A stretch of 64,000 nucleotides of DNA from Sphagnum compactum. Taxonomy: Eukaryota. The position numbers were made by a program, and so were the translations under genes. The stretch spans positions 12,142,213 through 12,206,212 of the forward strand of contig OZ234493.1 of NCBI GenBank assembly GCA_965153455.1. Reading direction: 5' to 3'. Positions within the stretch are counted from its first letter, which is position 1. Each line of letters starts with the position of its first letter. Under the pieces are notes generated by a model. The model was not told where the DNA came from, did no database searches, and saw only the letters and a list, made by a program, of their open reading frames with translations. This document shows, in pieces, positions 1-12,845 of this stretch.

Positions 1-2832
1 ACTGTTTCCAATAAAACTTCATTGCCAAATGTGAATTAAGTGTGTTGACAGTTTGTTGTAACTTGAGAATACAAATTTGAATAGCTTCATCAACAACCTT
101 TATGAAAATTGTGTACTATTGTGTTATCAAATATCAATCTTCTTTGGATGTTGTTGCCACATTTTTTATCAAGACCATAACACATTGGCCTCCATTGTAT
201 GCTTCAAGAAAATATTTATATTATGTGCCTAAAATTATTGCTAAAAGGAAGAACATCTTGGTCAAATTCACCTTTTCCATTTGTAATCAATAACTATTTT
301 TCACCTTTGCTATTTCATTTTTCCCTTACATCAACAATAATGACAACAAAGTAGCAAAACTCCAATTTTGAAAAGAATTTTTGAATTTTCTAATGAAATC
401 CATGTGGAAAACATGTGAACCAATTCAAGTTCAAAAGCAATGATTGGTGATACAATGGTTGTAAATTCAATTACAATGACAACATGCATGCCACCTTTTT
501 CAAATCCCCTTTGGATTTTAATTTAATGTCGAAAATTTTCACCTTCATAGACATGTTTTTTGGCAAATATTGTTCATGCATATCTATATGAGGTGATTTG
601 ACCTTGAAAGTGATTATGGTCAGAGTTGCCTTATCCAACAAATCACAATGTAAATATGCATAACTTTGATCTTCCATGCTTTTATTTGTAATTCAATAAA
701 AGGTGCCAACCTATTGAACATGTTTGCCTCAAATGCAACATTTCTAACTTCAAAATCCAAATCATCCACCACAATAATTAATCAATTATTTTTCACTAGA
801 ACAACCATTGTGCAAGAAAAAACTTATCAAAATGAATTTGATAACCAACAAACAAAGTAGCAGAAAAATGGGATTTAACAAACACACACTTGAAAAAACT
901 CAAGCTTGCAAAAAAATCGATACATAATGAAAAGCTTATGTTAAGCACAATGTTCATGCTAGTTAAAAAGAAAGATAATAAACATACAATGTAATATTTA
1001 GTATGGAACAAATAAACTTGATTGAAACCCTAAACCTTTTATTAATGTTCTTTGACTTTAACTTATTTTGACTATAGGTTGACTGCAAATTAACAATTAA
1101 AAATCACATTCATGGTTCGACAGTTAAATTATGGTCCAATAATGAACAATATATTCTACAAATTTTAATTATGCAACTCATGGGTACATCAAAACCCTCT
1201 ATATTCTATTTAGACCAACGACCCAATAAATAGAGTAAGCCTTTTTAGAAAGATAAGTAATGGGCCATGTTAAACGAAGAGGGCTTTAATAAATATGCAA
1301 GATATTTAATGAAAGCAAACCATACATACATTGTGTTTATGTACAACATTGCAATTATCAAGTTGGACCCACCATAATATAATCCTTAAAAATGCTCTTT
1401 TCCAAACCATACTTACACTCCAAGCACACGGCTCTTGCTTAGTATCTTAAACTAGCATAATTAAACAAGATGGATGGTCCAACCAAATTCAACAAAAAAA
1501 AATACTTTTCTGCTTTGATGAAGACCAAGTTCATACCATGATTGCATAATAGTTTAAAAACTATTAAATGTGTGCAACCAAAAATTTTAAGAAATATTGG
1601 TTGCACCCTTTTTGAGTTTTTCATGCTTCTAATTGTCGCAACTTGGATTTGAGATACAACATCTTAACCTTAAACTTTTTTACATTGTTTAAACCATTCT
1701 TTTCATTTTCACTTCAATATATATTTATTTGGTAAACATATAAGTATGTATATATATATAAATATGTATCGGTAAACATCAACTTTTTGATCATTTGCAT
1801 GAAAATTTTAGTCCTACAAACAATTGAAATTGAATTGTTTTTCAATTTCTGGTTAAATGTATTCAATGTTTGATTTCAAATAAGATTTTAATTAAATTTT
1901 TTTTTGAAATTAATCTTTTTGTGTTGAAGTTTTGCCATGTTTGGTGCCCCCAAAAAATGACATATTAATTTTTTAAAGAAAAATCTTGCGAAAATATCCT
2001 TGTTAAGTCACCATATTATGAGAAAGGGGGAAAAAAAAAGGGAATACCTCCCTCTTTTCCCCAACCACCCAAACCCATCCAAGAAATAACTCCTTGAAAA
2101 AAAAAAAACCTCCTTACCCATCCCAAAATACCACTTAATAAAACTCCTTTATTTTTCAATTTTAGTAAAAGCCCACATTAAAAGAAAAAAAACCCCTTGA
2201 GAGATGAAAAAATAATAATATTAAAACCCCGATGCTCTCCTTCACACAACTTAAAAAAAAAAAACACACACACACACACACCTAAACTTATCCATTCAAC
2301 CTACTTTTGATTCTCGGGCCCCTATACGTGTTCAAAAGGTGTTCCCACAATGTCTTTGTAAAACATAGCCAACAAAGGGAGATTCCACTCGGTATAAATT
2401 ATTACCTATACACAAAAGTGAGCTTGCAAAAACAAATATAGGGGAAGGCTTGATGTGGAGAGCCTAACCCTAATTTGAGGGTCATGGCTCAAGGGCGGTT
2501 ACTTGATACCATGGACCCCAAAATTAGGGAGGCTCAAGGGAGCAAGCCTTCCCCAGCTCAAAGTACAAAAAGCTTCTCTTATAAAATGACAAAAGGGTTG
2601 CCATGTGAATGGTGGAAGGTCCCTTCAATTGACCTAAAAACCTAGCCAGAAACCTAGCCAAAAACCTAGCCAGATTTTCATAGTGTATTTGGAGATACTC
2701 TTCTAACAAAGCATATTATGGCTGGTGGGCTTTATGAAAATGGAAAGCCAACCCACCTCCATTTTCATGAAGCTCAAAAGGCCGTTTACTAATTGTTTTT
2801 CCCCCATGATACCCGACGAGTTTTGAAAACTA

Positions 2833-2953
2833 CCCATTGGGTATCATGAGAAAACAATAATAATAATAATAATAATAATAAAATCCATGCCCAAAACTAC
2901 ACATTGGGTATCATGAGAAAATAATAATAATAATAATAAAAAAGCCATGCCCA
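2833..2953. repeat. Short tandem duplication (CATTGGGTATCATGAGAAAA-(AAT)n-CCATGCCCA) x2
   Basis: Two adjacent near-identical copies of about 65 bp. Confidence 0.7.
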
Positions 2954-3490
2954 ATTTTTACACCGTGTAAAAAGTCCATGGACAAGGGAGCTTTGTGGGA
3001 AGAAATTAGGGGCTCCCTTGGCTCCCACCTTAGGGTTGCTTTATTTTAGTGAAGGACCTATCCTAGGTAAGGGCTTTTACCCTACCTAAAAGCATCTTTG
3101 ATGCTAGGAGATGCTCCCCAAATACCAAGAAGAATAACAACCTTTGGGGTGGTGTGCATTCCAAAACAATAAAACATTCCCCACAAAAGCTTTTCCCCAT
3201 GAGCCTTGCCTTCTTCCAACACCTTTCTTTGCACTAGAGGTGCAAAGGTAAAAGGAATCTATCAATCTAGGCACAAAACCCCAAATTATATATAAAGAAA
3301 AACCCTAAAATATATGATGTTTCAAGGAATCTATTTTTTTGGGTCATGGATGGAGAGACAAAAACAAAGGAATAACTTAGTAGGCTAGTAGTAGTAATAA
3401 TACCTTTTGTTCCATACTAGCATGTAAACAAACCCTAAAAAAAACAAACCCTATACTTGTTGTTGTTGTTGTTTAAATTGATTTCACAAA

Positions 3491-3633
3491 TTGATCTTTT
3501 TTTTGCAATTAGTGTGCTAATTAAGTGTTAGGGTTTAGGGTGGTCCCAAAGTAAGCAAGCACCTGTTGATCTTTTGCAATTAGTGTGCTAATTAAGTGTT
3601 AGGGTTTAGGCTGGTTCCAAAGTAAAGCACCTG
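3491..3633. repeat. Tandem duplication of about 75 bp containing telo-box-like TTAGGGTTTAGG, upstream of AVT1
   Basis: GCAATTAGTGTGCTAATTAAGTGTTAGGGTTTAGG...CCAAAGTAA..GCACCTG occurs twice. Confidence 0.75.
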
Positions 3634-3636
3634 CCC

Positions 3637-3668
<32 letters not shown>

Positions 3669-3789
3669 GACACACACACACACACACACATGCATGAATG
3701 CCCGGGCATTTCAAAAAATGAAATGCTCGCTCTTGTGTGGATGAAAACTGGGCAGCTCAATTCTCACAAGGGATGGTTATGTTTCATAA

Positions 3790-3970
3790 TTGGAACCTAA
3801 ACCAGAACTGGAACCAAAACCAAAACCCAAAAACCAGAACTGGAACTGGAACCAAAACCCAAAAACCAAAACTGGAACCAAAACCAAAACCCAAAAACCA
3901 GAACTGGAACTGGAACCAAAACCCAAAAACCAGAACTAGAACTGGAACCAAAACCAAAACTGGAACTGGA
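3790..3970. repeat. Degenerate hexamer minisatellite (GGAACT/GGAACC/AAAACC/AGAACT)
   Basis: Direct reading. It creates the spurious low-complexity ORF 3737-3982. Confidence 0.85.
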
Positions 3971-4137
3971 GGTTCTTCATAAAAGTAAAGATGGGGCAGG
4001 CAAATGTAGTTGTGATTAGTATCTGCTAATCAGGAAACATGATTGTGATTAGTAGATAGATATTGATTAGAGAATAGATGTAGTTAGTGATAATATGCCA
4101 AAGAGAATGATACTTAACACACTCTCTCAGAGAGATT

Positions 4138-4176
<39 letters not shown>

Positions 4177-4390
4177 AGCATAACTCTCTTTGTCTGGTCT
4201 CTTCCGTTGCAATGGATTTGTCTTGTTTCTTGTTTTGCAATACCCATCTTCCCAACTCCTCCTCCTCCTCCTCCTCTCTCTCTCTTTGCACTAGTGACAA
4301 GCATTTAGAGCTCCCTCTTATAAATTCTCAGTGACCCAATTGTTTGGATGTTGTTTTTTCTGTAGTGGTTTTTCAACAACTACTTTTGTT

Positions 4391-4424
<34 letters not shown>

Positions 4425-4710
4425 TTGCTGCTGCAGCTCTACTTCTTTTTTTTGTTCTTCCTTTTTTTGTGGGTTTATTGTTTGTTTTTGGGTACTCTTC
4501 TGTTGTCAATAAGAAGAAGAAAAAAGATTTGGCGATTGTGTTTTGTGTTTTGGGTTTTATACATTCTCTTCTTTTGTGAATCTGAGTATTGGGTGTGTGT
4601 GTTTTTCTGGTTTTTTTGTCCTTTGGCGGTGGATTTGCAGTGAGGGGTTTTGTTTTGCTCTTGTTTGTTGTTGTTGTGGTAGTGGTGGTGGTGAGAAGAA
4701 ACTGGCTGCA

Positions 4711-7700
4711 ATGCCGTCTCGGGAACCAAACTATTACCTGGCTGCTGAAGAGCAGCAGGAGGAGGAAGAGGAGGAGGAAGAAGAAAACTCGGAGCGAGAT
4801 TCTGATGAGGAAGATGGTGATGGAAGGCCATCTCCAGTGGGTTCAGCTTCTCACTGGCCCCAGAGTTACAAGTACTATCCCCATCTGCCCTACCCCATCC
4901 CTTCAGATATCCTTCCATCCTCACAAGCCATGCATTCATTCATTCCTTCATGCTTGAACTCCTCTCTGAATACTGTTTTGGACAGTTGGGTAGCAGCAGA
5001 CTCCACAGAAGAACCCAAAAAAACGAGAAATATCTTTTGTTCCTCCCCCCTTGCAAGATCCATCTTCCTTGCAAGATGACTTCTTCTCTGAGAAAATCTT
5101 AAGCCCCTGGCTGATGGGTGCTAGAAGAAAGTGTCTGATCTGGAAGAGATCGAAGGTTTGATCTGAGATCTCCAGAAATTCAGTGGAGAGTAAGTAGGTG
5201 ACCCATGATGATGAGCACCAACTGACAGGACAAATCATCAATCTCAACTAGGTGGAAAATTTCCATTCAGATTCAGCCATTCTTTGGAGATAAACAAGAA
5301 AAAAAGAGAGAGAACTGTGTGTTGTGACCCATATGTGGTTTTGGTCACATGTTCCAGACTTTTGAAACCAGCATTGATAAGCACCATTGGTTAGGCTCTC
5401 AGCACCGGGAGGTGATAGAAGGAAACCCTCAAATTACCCAACCTACCTGGCCAGGATGATGAATACTTCTTTGTTGCTAAGTACATGGCCCAATGGATTT
5501 TAATCCTCTCTCTGCAGACAGCAACAATGTTTTGTTTTGATAGTTTCAGATTCATGTGATAGTGTGATGCAAAGCAAAATGTTTTGCTGATGCCGCAAAA
5601 TCTGTAAAAAGAGTTTTATCAACAAAAAACCATATGCATTTTGAATCATGGCTTACGTTGAAGGGGTTTGCATCATGGGGGTGTGAATGCAGGCAATCGA
5701 TGGACATGTATGCATCACCGGCTCTCAGTATATTTAGCCCAAGTCTCACCCGGATCAGTTCATCATACTTGTCTTCTTCTTACCAAAGAACAGGACGGTC
5801 GCCGCATATTCAACCAGTTTTGGATACTGAGTCGCTGCAGATCCCATTCCTTCCGGGGAAGAAATTGGAAAAGGGCGAAAGGCAGCATGCTTATAGTCAG
5901 CAGCATGAAGGGTATGCAGCCAAACCCGATGAGCATGTGAAGAAGACTGATGCTGACTATCATATCAAAGCTGAAGCTCGAAGGGAAGGAAGCAGCATCT
6001 TACAAGCCATGTTTAATGGTAGGTCAATCATTTGTGGAAAATTTCATCATCACAAATGGAAGAATTGGATATCCAATTTTTTTTGTATCTGGATTTTTTT
6101 TGGGGCCTGTGAAAAGAAAGAAGGAAAGAATTGGGAAGAAAAAAAACACTCTTGTTTAATTATGGTCTAAGACATGATGATGAATTTCTTCAGATCTTCC
6201 AATTTTGTGGGCGCAGGTATGAATGTTCTGGCGGGTGTTGGGGTCTTGACAACACCTTATGCAGTGAAGGAAGGGGGCTGGTTGGGACTGCTGCTGCTGT
6301 TTGTGCTGTCGGCCATTTGTTGTTACACAGGGATACTCCTCCGACGTTGCCTCGAGAGTGCACCTGGTCTTGCAACTTACCCAGACATTGGGCAAGCAGC
6401 ATTCGGCAACACTGGACGTTTTATCATTGCTGTAAGTAGTCTAACCCTTTGAATGTATGCAGCACCACCCCAGGACTGGCAGTGTTTTTTTTTTTTTGGG
6501 TTACCTCATGTCTCATATCTAATAAAAATGACAAACACATTTAGAACTACATTTAGTTTCTGTGCCTCTTCGGTCACTGACCTGATCTGCAATTTCCTGT
6601 GTGTGTGCGTGTGTGTGCAGATCATCCTCTATACAGAGCTTTATGTAAGTAATCCTGAATTGGGTGGTGTGGTTTGCAGCTTTTTAAAAAAGAGATTGTC
6701 TTTTTTTTTCCTTGCTGAGTGTTCTTCTATTCGGTCAAGAAGAATAATATACCTACTTGGGTGGGTGTTTGATCTGAGCCACAACAGGCCTGTTGTGTGG
6801 AGTTTTTGATCCTTGAAGGTGACAATCTGTCAGCACTTTTCCCTTGGGTCCACCTCGATGTCGCAGGCTTCAGTATCAGCTCCAACACCTTGTTTGCTGT
6901 TCTCACTGCCATTTTCGTGCTGCCCACAGTTTGGCTGCGTGATCTCAGCCTCTTGTCCTATGTCTCAGGTTCTCACCTCTCTCACCTCCTTTGAGCCCAT
7001 TGGAAGAAGTACAATTGGTGATGTACAATTCTTTGCACCAGAATTGACAAATGCCTTTCTATGAAAAAAATAAAATCCTGTAGATCTCCTGTAGGAAGAA
7101 TCTAGAAGCAAAAATTGTGATCATTATGGCAGGAGGTGGCTCATAGTGTTTGTTGTGCTTGTCGTAACTGCTGCAGCGGGAGGTGTGATTGCATCCCTTG
7201 TGGTGGTCATTTGTGTCTACTGGGTGGGAACTGTTAACGGCATTGGATTTCATCATCCGGGTTATCTACTGAATTGGTCTGGCATCCCTGTTTCCATTGG
7301 TCTCTATGGATTTTGCTACTCGGGTCATGCTGTGTTCCCCAACATCTATACGTCTCTGAAAAACAGGGCTGATTTTGACAAAGTATTGGGAGTAAGGTGT
7401 GTAAACAAACAAAGCATTCTGACAATCCTCCTCCTCTGCTGATGATCAAGTCCCTTGTAAACAATTCTCTTCTTTGTGTAAAATAAATTGTGTGACATGC
7501 CTAGAAAAGGGTGTTTCCATCAAATCATCATAAGCACCACAGCAAGCCTTTTGGAACTTTTTTTGGGGGGGGCCTTCCTGCTGCAGCTTCTTGCTGTGCA
7601 CAATGCTCTATGGTGGCATGGCAGCTATGGGCTTCACCATGTTTGGGGAGGATACCGCATCACAAATCACCCTCAATCTACCAGGGCAGTTCGTAGCCTC

Positions 7701-8992
7701 CAAAATTGCTGTTTGGACCACGGTACATCATAATTCACATTCTTTCATTTCCATTTCATTCATACTCTGCCATCAGCTTGTGTTCATCATTCTCTTAAGA
7801 ACGTGTGCGTGCAATGTGGTTGTCCCCTGTAGGTGGTCAATCCTTTCACCAAATATGCATTGACAATAACTCCGGTGGCACATAGCTTAGAGGAACTGCT
7901 GCCACAGAGACCTGACTCTGCAGAGTACCGTTCATGGTCCCTTGTTATACGGACAGCCCTGGTTCTCTCCACAATTGCTGTTGCAGTCTTGGTGCCATTT
8001 TTTGGTAATCCTTTGCACCCCCTTCTCTTCTTTGAATGGTTCTTTCCAGCATCCTTCCCCTCTCTCTCCATCTCTGTGGCCGAAGCTAATGGCCACCTAT
8101 TAAACATTTCAGGTGCAAGCTTAATTAGGTGCCCACATCTTGGTGTTTGGTGGAAACTAATCCATGGTTATCTTTTCTGTTGCACAGGCTTGGTGATGGC
8201 CTTTATTGGTGCCTTCCTTAGCATGACTGTGGTAAGTTTTGCAAGTGGTGCTTGATCAGTTTTTTCCAGAATCCTAAACCCTAAACCCTAAACCATATGT
8301 TATTGAAACTCATTGATGATATATACACATGATCAGGAGCAAATTTTACGTGATCAAAATCTGAGGAGCTCTCCAATATGTTTTCAAAGGGTCAATGTTC
8401 CAAATTGCATTAATACAATAGATCTGAATTGTGGTGAAACAGTTGTGAGTTCAATGTAGACCTTGCAGCAGCTCTGTAGTGCTATAGGTCAAGTCTTGTA
8501 GCTGCAGGATTCTGTAAGGTTGACTCTTAGTTGTGTGGCTTGTGGCAGTCGGTGATTCTGCCATGTGCATGCTACCTTAGTATCCTTGACAAGAAAGCCA
8601 CCCTGTTCCAGGTACATCCAGAATCTCACTTTTCTTCTGTGTTTCGAGGTGTGCTCAATTGCCCACAGCACTAATACCTCATATCAGTTGGAGAATTTAA
8701 AAGGAAATGTTCTGTTGATTTTCACCATTTTTGTGAGGGTTCCTCGGGTTTAAATCCTAAACCCTAATATTTTACACAGTCCTCACCCATGATGAAATGG
8801 GTTCTTTTCACTTGATTCTGCAACTAATTTGCTCTCCAAAAACGCTTACCCTTTTCTAGTTTTGTGGCATTTTTTGCTGCACAGGTCATACTTTGTTCAG
8901 CAATAATTGTGATCGGGATCATATGCTTGATCGGGGGGACATACTCATCCGTCGCAGGCATCATAGACAAGTTGTCCAATGGAGGTCCATAA
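4711..8992 (+). CDS. AVT1: AVT1-like vacuolar amino-acid transporter (Aa_trans/AAAP family), 11 exons: 4711-4871, 5693-6018, 6217-6431, 6621-6644, 6788-6968, 7177-7396, 7587-7722, 7833-8004, 8188-8231, 8549-8611, 8885-8992
   Basis: Spliced translation gives [73 protein letters not shown] and PCACYLSIL. All junctions are GT-AG and phase-compatible. Acidic N-terminus. Confidence 0.92.
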
Positions 8993-9626
8993 CTCCTTGA
9001 GTGAAATGTGTGAACTACTAGTAAACCCAGGTACGTACATCAAGTTTGGAAACCCTACGTACATCTCCGGGTGGTACTCTAGTATAATTCAGCACTTCAG
9101 GTCTATAATAGATGAAGTTTGGACTTTGGGGGGTGAAAGCAATTCACCTTCAAAGTACCCCACACCCCACTTTGGGCAATTAATCTGCCCACCTTCACAG
9201 TAGGGCAATCCTCTTGGAGCACATGAAGAACCAATTCATATGTTCACAACCCACAGACCCATCCAAAATATTCTCCAAGTCTAGGCACAACAAAATAGTG
9301 GTAGTAGTAGTAGTACCCTCTAGTTGATTTGTATGTAACCTTCAGTTCATAGTACAAAATTATTCTTGCTTCCCCATTTCTTACCAGTTGTCCTCTCTCC
9401 TCTCTCGTCGGGTACAATTATCAAACATAACGGATGTTGCACTGAAAGATCAAGTCTACTGGGTTGGTACATTATCATTTGAAAGTTTGCTTGAAGTTTT
9501 GGGGATTTATCATTGGGGAGGAGGAGGAGGAGGAGGAGGAGGAAGCCTTTATTTTGACCAACAATTAGTTGTCAAACCCAACATCTCATAGATCAGTTAG
9601 AGTGTGAACATTTGAAATGAAAAGAT

Positions 9627-9678
9627 AGGGGGTTTAGGGTTTTAGGGTTTAAGATTTAGGGTTTAGGGTTTAGGGTTT
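9627..9678. repeat. Interstitial plant telomere-like (TTTAGGG)n tract
   Basis: About 7 imperfect TTTAGGG units. Confidence 0.8.
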
Positions 9679-10654
9679 GTTGATCAACATTGTTTGCTGA
9701 GATGGGGATTTCTTAACACGTGTTTTTTACTAAGCGGGAGAACATGATTAATTTGAATGCCTGTTACATGATCGGGAACTTTTGAAACATCAAAGACTTT
9801 TTGAATTTTTCTTTTTTTGGAAATATTGATAATTCCCTTTTGGGACTTTTTTGGGAAGTTATTATGTACTTCCAACTATACTTCCGCCATATCAATATTT
9901 TGTATGTTTTTTTTATACCTTGTCGCATGATTCTATATTTTTGAAATATAAATATTTAATCCAATTTCAATATTTTCAAGGGGCACTTATTATGAACTCC
10001 AAATGGAATTACATTTTTGATGTTTTTTAAAAGCGCATTTGAAATACGGTTTGAAGCTTTGATTCTTTTCTCAAAATCGTATTATATGTTACAAAATAAT
10101 TGGAACTTTCAACTTGGGGATGATTAAAAGTCATTTCTTTTCCAATAAGTTTGTGGATCTAACCATTTTTGAAACATAAATAGACACACGATTTTGGGGA
10201 CCTCTTGGAGTAATTTATTTGAGAATGTCCAAAAAAAGAATAATTTACACAATGTTTTAAATTTGGACAAGATTGAGAACTTTGGAATCATTGAAAAGCC
10301 AAAACACTTATGAATTCAAAGTCTAAAAATTATGAATTCACCTCCAAAAAATGCACTTGTAAAGGGCTTTCCATTAGTACGAAAGAGCTCATCTCAATTT
10401 TCCTAAGAAGATTAGTTTTGAGTTTGTTGAGTTTTCTTTGACAAAATTGTTCAATATTCAATAACTCCTACAACATTGTATTGTAGGTCTAAACATTATG
10501 AAATCACCTAGTGCACCGCACCCTTACTCATTGAAGGCTTTCCAATGGAATGGAGAGCATAGTGAAGGTTTGCCATGATTGTTTGAGGTAATTAGGACTC
10601 AACAACTGAACTTTGTTCTTCATCTGATCATCCCACAATCCTAGATGCGTCCGA

Positions 10655-11045
10655 ATGAGTGGTACTATGCTCCTTGATAATCAAAGATTTGACCTTCGGG
10701 TTCAAGGGTTTAGGGTTTAGGAACTTGCTTCAATCCGGATTCATGAAAGAAGATTGAGACTTATAGAATTGGACATGTTGGTGGTATATGAGTACTATTC
10801 TCCTTGATGATCAAAGATTTGAGCTTTGGGTACAAGGGTTTAGGGTTTAAGAAATCACTTGAATCTGGATTCATGAGAGAAGGTTGAGACTTTTGAATTG
10901 GACATGGTGGCATACAAGTACTATACTCTTTGATAATCAAAGATTTGAGTTTCAGATAAAAGGGTTTAGGGTTTAGGGTTTAAGGACTCGCTTTGTGGAT
11001 TGCATCAAAGAAGATCAAGACTTTAGAATTGGACATGGTGGTGGC
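10655..11045. repeat. Tandem repeat, 3 copies of about 127 bp, each containing GGGTTTAGGGTTTA
   Basis: GTACTAT..TCYTTGAT.ATCAAAGATTTGA recurs at about 10663, 10792 and 10918. Each unit ends GAATTGGACATG.TGG. Confidence 0.85.
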
Positions 11046-11469
11046 ATCATCACCTGGCAATAATAGAGTGGTTCATGTTCTGGGTTCCTAGTTTGCAGCG
11101 AGCTTTGCAATTGATCTGTGCAGTTGGAGTTGGGATGAACTGTGTCTATTGCTTGCTTGCTGGGTACCAACTTGTGCAGATTATAAAGTTACAATTCATG
11201 GTCCTTCTTAGTCAGCTACAATGGACTTTGTTTTCTGAGTTAGTTCATTCTACTTTTTAAGATTCAAGATTTTGGATCCAGGATTTCTTGTTCTAAGAAT
11301 TTACATCAAGAATTGTCTTGTTGTTGGGTTTTTGAATGATCCTAGTTCAGCTTTTGCTCTCAAATGTAAAAGTGTTTAGGAATTTCATCGCTCCAGGAGT
11401 ATCTATCTCGGTGATAATCTTGTTTTCTCTCTCTCTGTGGATGCGAAGACACTAGAGGAGCTGATTGCA

Positions 11470-12200
11470 ACCACCATGGAAAAGTTTGTAGTACCAAAGG
11501 GGTACTCCAACCTCTCAAAGAGACACCAGAAGAAGCTTGCTAGGTTTAGAAATGTGCCATTTGTGTCCCCATATGAGGACCCCTGAGACTTTAAGGACTC
11601 TCTTGAGATCAAATTTGAAAAACATGCTGTTGCTGGAGGACTTAAAAGAACTTCTAAGATTTACTGTAGAGAAAAGAATGACCCTCGACACACTTGCACA
11701 TTTTAGCCAAGAGTTCAACAGTATTTCTATTAATTTCTTACAAACTGAGAAACTTGGTGTTAAGGCATCCACAGTATTTCTATCTGCCAGAATCCGGAGA
11801 ACATGTTCTTGTGGGAGCTGGGTTATCATCATGGTAAGCTTGTAGAGAAAATTCCACTTATGCTGATGAAGGAAAAATTTGGTCCTCTATTACAAACCTC
11901 AAAATCTGCAGCTCCAAAACCTTAATGTTGATCCCACAATTGTTGGAGAAATTGGTTGTCATTCTGTCGACAATGGAGAAATTGGCTATCAGAATGAGTG
12001 GAAGACACTGGGGGTGCAAGTATGACATTCATCAGATGGCAGCTGCCACAGCATTGGGTGTGGTTCCACATTGGAGAGGATGGCAGATTTGCAGCAAATA
12101 GGCTTGTTGATTCTGGTGCTGTATGGGCTGCCAGTGCGGTAACCACACAAGCAAGGTGGGTCAGAAGAGCGAAGCAAGATCAAGAGGAAACCAAGTGACA
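11470..12200 (+). pseudogene. Decayed coding-like fragment, possibly a retrotransposon gag remnant
   Basis: Broken frames give protein-like segments (MEKFVVPKGYSNLSKRHQKKLARF; LEDLKELLRFTVEKRMTLDTLAHFSQEFNSIS; HIGEDGRF) in a less AT-rich island. The family assignment is only an impression. Confidence 0.3.
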
Positions 12201-12302
12201 AGGTGGAGGAGTGTGTTCAGAGAATGCAAGGATATTGTTGTGGTATGCACAATAATTTGAATAACTTGACTTGGGGTTGTTGATTTGTTCAGCAATCTCA
12301 CA

Positions 12303-12845
12303 GGACAGAATCCATAGCCTGATTCTGGATTTAAGATTTCTGCCATAACAACCTTGGGCATGATGTGCAACTAAATATACTTTGCAACACCATCTTGGAT
12401 TCAGATGGTTTGATTTCTGAATTGAACATCAGTTTTAGTTGGATTCAAAAACTTCAAAGTACGAGTTTTAGTCTTGGAAGTTTTTGAAATAACCGAAACT
12501 GATGGACAGAATCCATAGCCTGATTCAGGATTTAAGGTTTCTGCCACAACAACCTTGGGCATGATGTGAAACTAAAAATACTTTGCAACCATCTTGGATT
12601 CAGATGGTTTGATTTCTGAATTGAACATCAGTTTGAGTTGGATTCAAAAACTTCAAAGTATCAGTTTTAGTCTTTGAGGTTTTTGAAATAACCGAAACCA
12701 ATGATGGTTCTTTTGATTCTCTCTTGTTTCAAATACCCAGAACCCTGTGATTCTTTGAAGTTTTTGAAGTAACCGAAACCGATGATGGTTCTTTTGATTC
12801 TCTCTTGTTTCAAATACCCAGAACCCCCCATGGTTCTTTGATTCC
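12303..12845. repeat. About 200-bp tandem duplication followed by repeated TTTTTGAAATAACCGAAACC...CCCAGAACC units
   Basis: GGACAGAATCCATAGCCTGATTC starts at about 12303 and 12504. An 81-bp unit then repeats at about 12680 and 12761. Confidence 0.85.

Noticed and set aside
1-860. Possible decayed minus-strand coding remnant (TE-associated)
   Set aside because: Fragmented frames with no motif I can assign.
3737-3982. 81-aa ORF with PK/TG repeats
   Set aside because: Translation of a hexamer minisatellite with a non-ATG start.
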